Notes under the pieces: model-generated
The model's input: the letters and a program-made list of their open reading frames with translations, nothing else
What the model was told of the DNA's origin: nothing
The model's database searches: none
In this document: positions 1 to 12,862 of the stretch, piece by piece
Layout: every line of letters starts with the position of its first letter
Position numbering within the stretch: the first letter of the stretch is position 1
NCBI RefSeq assembly: GCF_052425735.1
Contig: NC_135761.1
Location: forward strand, 62,682,001 to 62,746,000
DNA from: Oculina patagonica
Taxonomy: Eukaryota
DNA length: 64,000 bases
Reading direction: 5' to 3'
Program-made: the position numbers and the translations under genes

Positions 1-127
1 AGCTAAAACAGCACATTGCTTTCGGGTTGATGTTGACGGGTCGGTGTCTAGAGTGAAATGACTGACGGCTCGCCCAGTCCAAGGTTCCTTATATAGGCAG
101 TGTCCGTGTTTAAAACCCAAGTCTTAA

Positions 128-641
128 CCCTCGGACGTACAAGGGGGGTGGATGCCACCCCCCCCCCCCCCCCGTAAGGTTTTTTCCAAATTTTGAAAAA
201 AGCATTTACCCTACAATGCTGAAACTTTCGGTAGCTGTTCATTCATCCTTTGCGGAAATTTTGATATGTCAACCATGTGTCCATGGTATATGACGTTGCC
301 ATGGCAACGTCATAAATACAAGCATGTCTTGCCAAAAATCGTCATTTTTAACATTTTTCTTGATTTTTTCCAGGTTTTTAAAACAGAAGTGCAAGATTTG
401 TTTATTTTTGCATTCCATAAGCATTCTAGCTTGATTTTGCATCAATTTCCGTTATTTTGTGACTTTCTAAGAAAATGTTGAAATTCAGGATGGCGGATCC
501 AAGATGGCGGCTCTTATGACGTCACGTGACCTCATATGACGTCACAGCCAATTAAAATTATGTCGCCTTGTAGAGTAAGCTAAGGGCTTTCTTCTCAGAG
601 CAAAATAATTTCGCTACGCCTTAATATAACGAAAATTCCGA
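128..641. mobile_element. piggyBac-like MITE, truncated copy
   Basis: Begins TTAA|CCCTCGGACGTACAAG; body is the reverse complement of the full element at 25126-25698; second TIR absent. Confidence 0.75.
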
Positions 642-961
642 GTTATACCGCATAGGAAAAGAGTTCTTTGAAAAAATGCTCCAAAATGAGATTTTTAGGC
701 AATCAAATTTTTGTAATTTTTAAACAGGCTCTAGATATTCAAATCGATCTTTGTAATACTGTTCTTAGACTCAAATCATTTGTAAATGCCTCCTTAACAA
801 ATACACAAAATCGAGAGAAGTCTGCTTTATTTTGCGCTTGTGAGCAGCATCATTCTTATGCTCTTAATCGTGGTATGAAATTCGACCATTTCATGGCAGT
901 CGGCGGGCGTGACAGTTTTTATTTTTTTCTGCCAAACAAAGATAGCTCTTAAAGAAAAAAA

Positions 962-3900
962 TCATAACACGTTGATCGACTCACCAGAAGGTATCTCTGA
1001 AAAAAAATTGAGGTAGGCTCTTAATTGCTCAATTCGCCAGTGCAAAAAAGAAAAGCTAAAACGAATGTGAGGTAGTGCTTTTTTGACATAACTCAAATCT
1101 TCGTTAGAGCACGTTTCGTGAAGGTAAAGTTCCGATAGTACCGGCAAGTTTCTGATGTGTGGCACAATCGATGTTACTGCGTGTCCCAGTGGATTGCTTG
1201 ACAGGTCCAGCATCTTCAAGTTGGAAATGAATCGAAAGCTCTCCAGCAGACCATGCAAGTCATGTGCATCCATATTTAACTCTCTAAGCGACAAATCTTT
1301 CAAACTGGGAAGGAAGCAAAAGCTGTTCGTGAGTGGAGCCAAACAGCCTCTCACGTTGAAACCACGAAAAACAAGGTACTCCAAAGGCAATGTTTTGTTG
1401 ATTCCGCCAAACAGCGCCTCCATGTGATCAAGTTGCAAAATACTTTTATGCACCCCAATTAGCACAACTCGTTTTAGGGACGACATTTCAGGAAGTGACT
1501 GACCAAGCGCCGCGGCAGTAGCTGGAGTCAAGATTATATCCTTAAGTGTTAGTGACAAGAGATCCTTGAGTATGAAACCTCTGACTGTGCTTACTTCTGC
1601 TGTGCAGCAGCAATCTGTGTGAACCAGAGGATTGCCCTCTACGCTTAGTTCCTCCAGATTAGAAATGAACCTTAAGCCCTCCAGGAGACGGCACAAATTA
1701 TGTTCATCCATGTTAAAATCTCCAAGATCTAACACTCTCAACTTCGGGAAAAAGCGGAAGCTTTTAGTGAGTGGAGCGAGACAACCTCTAACCTTGAAAA
1801 GATTGACAGTAAGGTACTCCAAAGGCAATTTTTTGTTAATTCCACCAAACAGCACCTTCATTTCTACATCTTGTAAAATACTTCCACTTAGCACAAGTAC
1901 TTCTAAGGACAACATTTCAGGAATTGACTGACCGAGCGCCGTGGCAGTAGCTGGTGTCAGGCTTAGACCATGTAGTGCCAGTTCCACGAGATCATTGAGT
2001 ATGAATCTACCGATAGGGTTTACTTCTACCGTGCAGAAATCTGCGTGAGCCAGATTTGTGCTGTGTACCCTCAGTTCCCTCAGATTAGAAATGACTCTTA
2101 AGTTCGCAAACAATTCACGCAAGTTATGGTCATCCATGTTGAACTCTTCAAGATGCAGCTCTTTCAAATAGGGAAAGAAACGGAAGCTTTTGGTGACTGC
2201 TGCAATACTGCTTTCCACGCTGAAACCACGGAAAATAAGATTATACAAAGGCAATAGTTTGTTGAATCCGCCAAAAAGGGCCTCTATTTCCTTATCTTGC
2301 AATATGTTGCCATTACCTTCTCCTATTATCTCAATTGAGTTCAAGGATGAAATTTCAGGAAGTAACCGACCAAGCGCCGCTCCGGCTGCTGGTGTCAGGC
2401 GTATTCCATACAGTTTTAAACTCTTGGAAGTCCTATGTTCAAAAATGTCGTCTCTGTGTAATTCCACTATACAGCAATCTGCGTGACCCAGTGGTTTGCA
2501 TTGTACGCTCAGTGCCGTCAGATTAGGAATAAGTCTAAAACTCTCCAGCAGACCACACTGGTCACGCTCATCCATCTTTAACTTTTCAAGCTTTAACGTT
2601 CTCAAATTGGGAAACGTGTTGTTTAATCCGCCAACCAGTGCCTCCATTTCCTCAGCTTGCAAAATACTTCCATCCACCCCAGTTAACTTGAGTTCCAGTA
2701 AGGGCAATTCAGGCAGGGACCGACCGAGCGCCTCGGCTACTGTTCGTGTCAGGCTTATTCCATGCAGTTTCAGTTCCTTGTACGTCCCCTGCGCGAAACT
2801 ACCGACTGTGTTAACTTCTACAGTGCAGCAATGTGCGTGACCCAGTGGTTCATCTTGTACGCTCAGTGCCCTCAGGTTAGGAATGAATTTCAAGCTCTCC
2901 AACAGACCACACTGATCGTGTTCATCCATGTTTAAGTTTTCAAGTTTTACCTTCTTCAAATCGGGAAAGAACTGTAAGCTTTTAGTGAGTGGAGCCAGAG
3001 AACCTTTCACGGTGAAAATACTGAAAGCAAGCTCACTCAAAGGCAATGCTTTGTTAAATTCACCAAACAGCGCCTCGATTTCATAAGCTTGGACAATGCT
3101 TTCATCCACTCCAGTTAACTTGAGTACTGTTAGGGTCGTCATTTGAGGAAGTGACCGACCGAGCGCTGTGGCTGCTGCTGGAGTCAGTCTCATTCCACTC
3201 AGGACCAATCCCTCAAGAGCCTTGTGTGTGATACTAGTAACCAGTGTCTCCACTGCAACAGAACAACAATCATTCAAGCCAAGGTTAAGAGTAATGATGT
3301 TATCAAATCTTGGTAACAAAGTGGCAAGCTTCACTGCTCCAGCTGATGTCAAATGACAGCAAAAATCGTTCGCAACGCCAATCTTCAAAGAACACTTACT
3401 GGGGTTTTGTACATGTTCCAAAAGGTCACATACGGAGTCATCGCTCTGTGTAACTTCAATCCTTTTTAAATGTTTGCAATTTCGAATAGCTGCACCAAGA
3501 GCTTTCCCTTGTTGGTCGCTTAGCTGATAACAATATTGTAGAGATGTTAGAAATTTCAAATATGACATCTCTGAACACACATTTGGAGAGGGAGATGAAA
3601 CAGAATCAGCAGTTGTCTCTGTAAATAATCTGACATGGTCACCACAGCGCAGTATCAAATCTGTTATGTAAAACTGAAACTGATCATTACGGAAAGAAAG
3701 GATGGAAATAAAAGAGCTATCAGGAAAAACTTGTACGGTCTTAAACTTTCTTACAAAGTCTCCAAATGTGGGGTCTTTACAGCTCTCAGAAAACAGCAAA
3801 CAGTCGAGACGTTTCACCAACTTGTACAGTATTGAATGTTCAGAGTACCCATCGATCGAACTGAATTTAAAAATAAAAGTACCGAAAATGGATAGTTTAG

Positions 3901-5517
3901 TTACATCGTTCACTTTTGGCAAAATTTCAGGAAGTGGTCTGTTGCTGGTGACACGGATGACTCCACCAGTGCAATCAAAACAATGACTTATGAGTTCAGC
4001 TTTTGATTGAACTTCTCGGAAGGAATCGTAAACCAGGTAACTAAAGCTCTCCTGCCTATCAGTGAAGTCACACAGTGGTACATTTGTCTCGTTTTGTATA
4101 TCTGGTATTAACTTTGATAAGTCCAGTGTTGGGTCAGAGATTCTGACTGATTTCAGGTGTTCGAGAACCTTCACTGCTCCATCGTCAGACAAACCACAAA
4201 CGAACTGGAAAACATTCTCCAAGGCCTGACAATCCTCCAAGGTGCGGGCATGTTGTTCAATTCCACCGAGACTTCCTTCAGGGACACATCTGTAGGTTAT
4301 GTACCATGCCGCTAAGTATTCTTGTATGCTCTTGTGGATAAAGGATACCATCTCCATTGGTTTTAAGCCTGGTCCGTACTCAGACAATTGAAGAAGACCA
4401 ATAATGAGACTTTCTTTACCACGCACTTTCTCGGGCAGTTGACCAAACTTGAATACCAAATCGCCTTTCAGAAGACCTGCCAAAGCAACCTTTCCCATTT
4501 CAGCAAGGATCTCTTTGTAATTTTCTTCTTTTCGCTTCAACACCTGGGAAGAAAAGTGTTTTCTGTGGCTGTGCTGGACAATGTGCTCCACAATTTCCTG
4601 ATACAATTTGGTTTTACTTTCAATGAGCTCAATCAAAGTTTCCTTTTCTTCCTTCCACAATAAGCAGAAAAAGAGAGTCAGCAATGGAACTCTTGCTAGG
4701 TCTTCCATCTTACTCTTGCAAAGAAACTGCAACAGATCAGCTACCTGCGTTTCGCTATCCAGAACTTTTGCCATAAACTCCTTTCTATCGGAGATATTAA
4801 AACCGGTAATCTCAGCCTGTATGTCGGAAGATTCTCGTATCTCATCAGCTCTTGAAGATCGAGTGGTTAACAGGACAGTACAGTCTCTCAAAATATTCCC
4901 GCGGAATATTTCGTTGATTGGAGAGCTGCTTCTGCTGCCGTACTTTTCTTCTGCTTCGCTTCCGGTACGATACTCATCGTAGCCATCAAATACAAAAAGA
5001 ACTTTGTCTTGGTTCTTACGGATGTAACTGAGGAGATCATCTACTGATTGTTCCTCATCTTCTGGAAAAAGACGTGAGCAACTTATGACTTCCCTTAACG
5101 TCTGGCACTTGGATACATCTTTGAGATTAATAGACACTAAGAGGTTAAACTTTTTCAGTGCTTCTTTCTGTTCCTCGTCCATCTTTGCCTCTTCAAGATT
5201 TGACCAATCCACAAGCAGCCTTTTAACGAAAGTAGTTTTTCCAATTCCAGTCTCCCCTTGCACGAGGATCCTCTTTGGCACAGCTCCGTTCTTGGTTTTC
5301 TCAGTGAAAATTTGAGTGTAATGGCTCAATTCCTCTTGTGATAACCCAGCTGGGGTCTGTTCACCTTTCACCCAGGACAGTCGAGTGTAGATCTGGTCAA
5401 GGTCCAACTGAAATGCTGAGGACCACACAGTGGTGGGCACCTTGGCTGTTCTTTGATAATGCTTCGCCAGCTTCTTCTGACAGGCTTTTACATCAAAAGT
5501 ATCCACAGGAGAAGCAT
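962..5517 (-). CDS. NLR copy 1, coding exon 3: NACHT NTPase + LRR
   Basis: 1514-aa ORF; Walker A GETGIGKT, Walker B LFVFDGYDE, TTR sensor, FIHKSIQEYLAA winged-helix motif, LRRs; ag acceptor at 5518-5519, phase 1. Confidence 0.93.
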
Positions 5518-5599
5518 CTGATGAGATAAAAAAATAACAGCAATGAAGAAAGCAACGATAAGTAAATAAACATGTTAATAGGCCTTATTCGTATTCTCG

Positions 5600-5632
<33 letters not shown>

Positions 5633-6304
5633 CATGCGGGGGAATATCATTAAAAACAGCCTCATGTTATTTGCATTTGAAAAGATTACCCGCATGGGCC
5701 TCCATTGCAAGCTACTTCCAGTCCAATATCGAGAATACGAATAAGGCCTATTGATTGGCAGACACAGTTGTTGCATTGCTCAAATGGCTTCCAGTTACTA
5801 AAAGTTTTCAAAGATTGTGATCGGCTTGAAAAAGGAGTTGATTTAGCAAGGATTACAAATAACAGTGACAAATAAATAAATGTAAAATTCACGTTCATTT
5901 AAAAACAGAGAATTTTATCAAAAAGTGTTTTAAAGATTCCCGTTGAAGATATCATTGGCTTGAAGCAATCAGTTGTGTCTTACACTAAGCTCTAAACTAG
6001 ACAAAAATTATAAAAAGACGAAATCTAGAGAGTAACATTTAGCAGGAGAAACGGTCAAACAGTCGCTGTTTTGGCCTTTTAAAGAACCTAAAAGTAATCA
6101 TTATATTATTCTTATGGTTTTCCGTAAATTCCGTAAATTCCTACACGTTATACTTTAAATTACTTGGTTTATTTGTTTCGTTCTTATTTACAACAATTAC
6201 GTCTTCCACGTCTTGTGAACAACTTGATTTTAGCAATCTGAACTGCAACTGTCGAAATGAAATCTGCTTGTTTCTTTGTATTAAAAATTACAAATTAAAC
6301 TTAC

Positions 6305-6518
6305 CTGAATTGTTTTCCTTGATCCTGTGACTTCTGACTTCATGCTCAAGTTGTTTGACTTTGTCGCCTGTCTCAGACACATCTTTTACTACTTTAGCAA
6401 AGCCATGCTGTAGCTGTTCTACATTATCATTTGTCTTAGCTAACCCTTGCTCCAGTTGTTCCACTTTGTCATCTGTCTTGGCAAACCCCTGCTTTAGTTG
6501 TTCAACTTTGTCATCTGT
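6305..6518 (-). CDS. NLR copy 1, coding exon 2, 3' part (coiled coil)
   Basis: Encodes TDDKVEQLKQGFAKTDDKVEQLEQGLA...RIKENNS; G|gtaag donor at 6304; homologous to the 3' end of 47153-47935. Confidence 0.85.
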
Positions 6519-8427
6519 AGTAAATAATAAAGATGGTAAATTTTAAGCTCGGTGATAAATAATGAAGATGAATTTTTAAACAATGACACGAGCATGGGAC
6601 AAAGAAAAATTCTGACGGGAATCAAACCCGTCAGAATTCGATCTTTAACAGTCTTACGTCTTATACATGAGCCTCTGGCTCGGACACTGAGGGTAACCTC
6701 GTCCTGCGTATGGACTTTTTAAAGGGCGTCTCCTTTATTTCCGACCATCGATTTTGGTTCGAAAATTCGAATTGTCTCATTTGCTGGGATTTTAAAGCCT
6801 TTACCTAGTTAAGCTATAAAATGGGTTTCATTTGATTTAAAATTCTTATTTGTTTTTTTTTAGGATTTATCGAAGTTTGGTCCGATCCACAGCAATTACG
6901 CGCCTTCCGAAACGGTTAAAATAGCACATATTGCAACTGCTCTCAAAAAATAAATATTCACTTAAAAGATCCAGTTCTTCTTGTAAACTATGGACTCATC
7001 AGTGTAGTTTATTTAGCAATGTTTCAATTATGATTCCTTCTGGTTTCTTCATAGGCCAAAAGAAGATTTCCGACCCCCCCCCCCCCTAATCCAGCTTTGA
7101 ACGAAACACGGAAATAGCCCAACTTTGAAGGCAAATTTAAAAAATGTGGCACCTGCTTGAGACTACTTAATTACATGAAAGGAATCTATAAATGACCCTT
7201 TCTTAAAAACAAGAATAAAATTTGTCAGCACACTAAGTCTGCTAAAACTGACAACCGCTTAAAATTCAGGAAATTTTCAAAATTAAAAAATAACGAACAC
7301 CTCGTCTTTACACATTCTTCGGATAAATTTGCATATTAAAACCTCATAAGGTCTCTTACCTGGCTTTAAAATGTCTGTTCCGGTCTTTACAGTCATCTCT
7401 GAATTCTAGGTAACTTCAAAACTAATAGCTTTTTCCTCCAGCTGTAGGTTTGTACACGTTTAGAACCAGTTGCATCTTCGTAGCGTGACTGTCACATCGC
7501 AACAAAGAAGCGTGGAAGTTCTTTGTATCGCTGATCGTAGTGTTGCTCAAAGCCGCTTTTGATCGGGCATATTCCTCTTAAAACGTTTCCAGGGACATGT
7601 TAAAGATTAGTGTTACCACGCATATAAGTAGAAAATGGTGAGCCGAGATCGATAAATGTTACCGCCATCTTGTGTTTACAACAGGTGTATTCGTTCCCAG
7701 TCTCCTAGGAGCTTAACATTTCATTCAGCCTGACACTTTTTCAAAGAGACAGTAGGAGATATGAAATATCTAAGATCCGTTAACAGGGTCATAATAAAAC
7801 AGTACTAAAGTGTTCACTGGTAAAAGAAAATAAATTATAAGTTTTTGGCAGCCAGCTAGCCAGCCAGATCATAATAAAAGGAAGGGAAGAAAACTAAGGG
7901 AAGAGAAGGAAAGAGTTTGAAAAGAAAACTGAAATTTTTTAAAAACAACAAAAAACAAGAGTTATGTTTCTGGTTAAAGGCAATTCCTTAAAGATTTTAT
8001 CAGTCGTAAAATACTATATTGTAAACCGGTCAGTATTAAACACGGACTGCGGCTACTGACTACGAACTGGGTATAAAACACGGACTGAGGTATAAAATAC
8101 GGACTCAAACTGCGGACTAGGTGTAAAATACGGACTACAGTATAAAATGCGGACTAAGCATGCAAACTGCTTACAAACATGACCTGATGGTCAAAATAAC
8201 AAGAAACAAGGCTGTAAGTTGACTTACTTGAAAAAGTTAGCCTTTTTCCTGCAGAAAGCCTGCTCGTAGGTTACGCCAAAGTACTGTCAAAACACCTTAA
8301 AATTTCCTCCAATTGTGAGACACTTAAAATTTGTTTTTTTTTTCCTTTGCTTTAGTCTTTCATTCTTGGAGTTTTAGTCGTGTAGTGGAGACTCGAATCA
8401 AAACTCAAAATGTTGTTGATTTCATTA

Positions 8428-8594
8428 CAGTTCTGTTAAATCTCGATAACTCGAACCTCCTGCTAAACTCGAACCTTCTCCGATTCCCCTCCAAGTTTTT
8501 TTATACTAATATTACCCTCGCTAACTCAAACTCACGATATCTCGAACCCTTTTTCGATTTCTCTTGAAGGCTCAAGATATCGTGATTCAACTGT
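8428..8594. mobile_element. TA-flanked CAGT-terminus MITE (AACTCGAA-rich family)
   Basis: TA|CAGTT...CAACTG|TA; AACTCGAA motifs shared with copies near 20395-20578, 21831 and 55621-56117. Confidence 0.55.
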
Positions 8595-8812
8595 ATATGC
8601 CTCAAGCGGCAGGCACGTGAGTATTTGACAAACAACCCTTATTTGCATGACAATGAAAACCGGGTCAGGCGTTTTTTCCACGTATGTTTCTCTTCTGCCA
8701 GTAGAATTTTTTTTAGCCTCTTCACTACATCAAAATTTCGTGCTTTTTTTTTTGCTATCATGGAAGTGTTGAAATAAGCGAATGGCTAAACGTGAAAACA
8801 AACTGTGTGTTA

Positions 8813-9193
8813 GGCCCCATTTACATGGAAAGAGGATGATCCTAGCACTAGGATCATCCTCCTTTCATGTAAAATAAAATGATCCTAGTGATAGGATCAT
8901 CCTATTACTAGGATCATCCTAGCGCCATATGTTTTCAGCTTTCAGTTTACATGTGAAGGGTTGCATCCTAGTGCTAGGATCATCCCTCATCTCAGATAGG
9001 ATGGTCCTAGCACTAGGATGATCCTAGCGCTAGGGCCAAATACAACCCTTCACATGTAAACTGAAAGGTGAAAACATATGGCGCTCGGATGATCCTAGTA
9101 CTAGGATGATCCTATCACTAGGATCATTTTATTTTACATGAAAGGAGGATGATCCTAGTGCTAGGATCATCCTCTTTCCATGTAAATGGGGCC
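8813..9193. mobile_element. Palindromic MITE, PIF/Harbinger-like
   Basis: GGCCCCATTTACATGGAAAGAGGATGATCC TIRs; almost the whole element is a hairpin; TTA on both flanks; internal CCTAGCACTAGG repeats. Confidence 0.85.
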
Positions 9194-11081
9194 TTAGTAT
9201 GTTGGTGCAGCAGCGAAAATAATATTGCAGAAAAAAAAATCAAATCCCTGAACATTGAAACAACGATTGGAACGAGAAAAAAACCCTTCAGTTGTTTTGA
9301 CTGTAAGGGGCTCCGTAAACTGTCAGGTAGCTTGTTTTGACTTTAAGGTACTTTGCCGAGGAAGATCACAATTGTTCGGGGTGAATCCCTACGAAGTTCA
9401 ACGGACGACGAAACGGTTAACTCTGACCAATATTTATTTACTCTCTTCGATAACAAACATCAACGTAATACGATCCGACAAAGGTCACATAAAGCCGTTG
9501 CGTTACATGAGGTCACCTGCACAGTTTTGCGTAAACAATAATTTTATGCTCACGTATGTACATCCTTGATGTGTTTTCGTTATTTCTAGCAGTGGTTCGC
9601 TTTTATATGCTTAGTCCGCATTTTATACCGTAGTCCGTGTTTTATACCTAGTCCACAGTTTGAGCCCGTATTTTATACCTCAGTCCGTGTTTTATACCCA
9701 GTCCGTAGTCCGTAGTCCGTCCATGTTTTATACTGATCGGTATACAATACAGTATTTTACGACCGATAAAATTTTTAACGAATTTTTTTTTTTACCAGTG
9801 AAGGCTTTAGTACTGTTTTATTATGAACCCTGTTAACGGATCTTAGATATTTCATATCTCTTACTGTGCCTTTCAAAAAGTGTCAGGCTGAATGAAATGT
9901 TAAGCTCCTAGGAGACTGGGAACGAATACACCTGTTGTAAACACAAGATGGCGGTAACATTTATCGATCTCGGCTCACCATTTTCTACTTATATGCGTGG
10001 TAACACTAATCTTTAACATGTCCCTGGAAACGTTTTAAGAGGAATATGCCCGATCAAAAGCGGCTTTGAGCAACACTACGATCAGCGATACAAAGAACTT
10101 CCACGCTTCTTTGTTGCGATGTGACAGTCACGCTACGAAGATGCAACTGGTTCTAAACGTGTACAAACCTACAGCTGGAGGAAAAAGCTATTAGTTTTGA
10201 AGTTACCTAGAATTCAGAGATGACTGTAAAGACCGGAACAGACATTTTAAAGCCAGGTAAGAGACCTTATGAGGTTTTAGTATGCAAATTTATCCGAAGA
10301 ATGTGTAAAGACGAGGTGTTCGTTACTTTTTAATTTTGAAAATTTCCTGAATTTTAAGCGGTTGTCAGCTTTGCAGACTTGGTGTGCTGACAAATTTTAT
10401 TATTGTTTTTAAGAAAGGGTCATTTATAGATTCCTTTCATGTAATTAAGTAGTCTCAAGCAGGTGCCACATTTTTTAAATTTGCCTTCAAAGTTGGGCTA
10501 TTTCCGTGTTTCGTTCAAAGCTGGATTAGGGGGGGTCGGAAATCTTCTTTTGGCCTATGAAGAAACCAGAAGGAATCATAATTGAAACATTGCTAAATAA
10601 ACTACAATGATGAGTCCATAGTTTACAAAAAGAACTGGATCTTTTAAGTGAATATTTATTTTTTGAGAGCAATTGCAATATGTGCTATTTTAACCGTTTC
10701 GGAAAGCTCGTAATTGCTGTGGATCGGACCAAACTTCGATAAATCCTAAAAAATACAAATAAGAATTTTAAATCAAATGAAACTCATTTTATAGCTTAAC
10801 TAGGTAAAGGCTTTAAAATCCCAGCAAATGAGACAATTCGAATTCTCGAACCAAAATCGATGGTCGGAAATAAAGGAGACGCCCTGTTAAAATTGTATTT
10901 ACATTTTTTTTTTACAAACCCATGGCCTCAAAGATACTAGTTAGGCGCTCTAACCGACTGAGCTACGAGAGACTCGTTGTGAGCTGGGCCATTTACTAAG
11001 TTGATATGTGACACGCGTCCTGCATACTGCCAGGATCAGCAATGTCGAAATCATCAAGTGTGTGGTAATCTGTCTTTTATG

Positions 11082-11513
11082 TGTCATCTGTCTTTGCAAA
11101 CCCTTGCTCTAGCTGTTCTACTATGTCACCTGTCTTGGCGAGCCCTTGCTCCAGTCGTTCCACTTTCCCATTTGTCTCAGCAAGTCCCATTTCCACTCCT
11201 TGAACTCGTGACAACAATTCTTCATGGAGGGTTTTCTCAACTGACTCAAGTTTTTTCAATATTTCTTCACTCTCTTTTATCTGCTGTTCTTTCCATTTCA
11301 GCACTGCTTTCAACTGCTCATCATGTTCCTCCAGTTGAAATTTTGTTGAAGATTGAATTTCAATTTGTTCTCTTCTCTGCTGTGCCAGTGATTCTTGAAT
11401 GGCTGTTTGTTCTGCGTCCGTTTTCGTGAACTTCTTAATGAGTTCTTTAACATCTTGTTGCACCAGAGAAAGGAGGTTTTGATCCACAGCATGCCCCATA
11501 CACAGCTGGCAAC
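11082..11513 (-). CDS. NLR copy 1, coding exon 2, 5' part (coiled coil)
   Basis: tttctag acceptor (ag at 11514-11515); GCQLCMGHAVDQNLL...KTDD; homologous to the 5' end of 47153-47935. Confidence 0.85.
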
Positions 11514-11661
11514 CTAGAAATAAAAAAAATATTTATAGCACCACAAAGCGCAAGTTCATGTTTTTGTTTCGTTTTTGAACGGCTGATTACAACATGGGTT
11601 TGGTAAGGGGTAGGCTAAGAGAGACAGACCAACTACTGAGTTAGGATTTCGAGTTGGACCT

Positions 11662-11794
11662 NNNNNNNNNNNNNNNNNNNNNNNNNNNNNNNNNNNNNNN
11701 NNNNNNNNNNNNNNNNNNNNNNNNNNNNNNNNNNNNNNNNNNNNNNNNNNNNNNNNNNNNNNNNNNNNNNNNNNNNNNNNNNNNNNNNNNNNNN
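11662..11794. other. Assembly gap (N run)
   Basis: Run of n. Confidence 0.99.
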
Positions 11795-11938
11795 CACGTC
11801 ACAAAAAGGTGGTTTTCAGTGGGGCCCTGCATAAAATAAATAACAAATATGATAAAAATGGTTAAAAAGTGAATATTAAAAATAGAAGATGTAAAAAGTT
11901 AAATTTTAAAAAATGAATATAAGAAATTAAAAAACTTA

Positions 11939-12250
11939 TCAAATACTTCTAATATGTCTTTTAAAAGTTAAAATGTCAAATGCGCTTTTTGCTTTGTCGG
12001 GTAAAATGTTCCATTCGTGAGCAGCTTGATTAATAAAACGGTTCTGGCCCCAGGAGCGACATGACTTGGGCCTACAAATGTCATTTCGTCCACGAGTATT
12101 ATAATTATGAATGTCTTTAAAGCTATAAATATTAAAATCCCAGTCAATCAAGCCATTTAATGCCTTAAAAAACAAAATTAATCTATGAAGTCTTCTTCTT
12201 TCCATTAAATTATCCCAGCCAAGCTGTTGGAGCGCCTCGGTAGCAGATGA
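11939..12250 (-). mobile_element. 3' end of a non-LTR retrotransposon ORF2 (CR1/L2-like)
   Basis: SSATEALQQLGWDNLMERRRLHRLILFFKALNG...HNYNTR...EWNILP resembles LINE ORF2 C-termini. Confidence 0.75.
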
Positions 12251-12862
12251 ATGAGTTGGATTTCGAGTAAGATTTTCGAGTTGAATTTGGTACTGACCGA
12301 GAATAAACCCAATTTGTAAAGTATCTATGCTGTTAGCATAAACATATCTAGCAAACAGCAGTGGAGCTAACCACAGCAAACCGGGAAATCCTGGCAAAAA
12401 ATCCAACTCGAAAATCTAACTTGAAATTCAACTCGAAATCCTAACTTGGTAATTTGGCAACCTCGGCCGTGGTAAGAGATGTGTTGTATAGGGTGTAGTG
12501 CTGTAGGGATTGTCATGGATGGGATGCAGTACGACAGTATGACAGGGAATAGGGCGTGGTGAGAGTGGAAGAGGACAGGATGCCAAAGGGGTCAGTGACC
12601 GCCCGGTCAGTAGGGATGGAGTGTGGCAAGGGTGGAAGGTGTGATAGGGGCAGTAAGCTTTGAGCTGTGGAACCCTAAGGTGGATAAAATGAAGTGCAGC
12701 AGGATGCAAAAACACTGCAATAATAAAAACTCCAGATAGATTGCCTTCTCTCTTCTGTACAGCTTAATACAATATTCTCTTGTTCCCTGTTCATTTCTAC
12801 TTGCCAAGAGGAAGAGGTCCTCATTATGACTCTGATTGGTTGCTACTTAAACTGGGTCTATA

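Larger units (their letters stand above)
6723..10885. mobile_element. Large foldback (long-TIR) non-autonomous element
   Basis: 6723-~7830 is the near-identical reverse complement of ~9785-10885 (termini AGGGCGTCTCCTTTATTTCCGACC); more diverged arms continue at ~7980-8165 / 9605-9784; no transposase ORF. Confidence 0.88.
6519..11081. mobile_element. Nested insertion in NLR exon: tRNA-derived repeat unit (6519-~6640 and ~10915-11070) split by a foldback element
   Basis: Coding exon stops at 6518 and resumes near 11082; TGTCATCTGT on both flanks (6509-6518, 11082-11091); tRNA-like pieces GGGAATCAAACCC and GGCGCTCTAACCGACTGAGCTAC on the two sides; absent from copy 2. Confidence 0.75.

Noticed and set aside
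1155-5529. Plus-strand ORFs overlapping the NLR exons (also within 42460-47851)
   Set aside because: Antisense shadows of a repetitive coding strand; no independent motifs
8041-8160. Periodic TATAAAA(C/T)ACGGACT units resembling a CRISPR array
   Set aside because: Short degenerate subterminal repeats of a transposon, mirrored at 9605-9735; no unique spacers and no cas genes; eukaryotic context
11939-12406. 155-aa ORF as a host gene
   Set aside because: Chimera of a LINE 3' end and an unrelated intronic repeat
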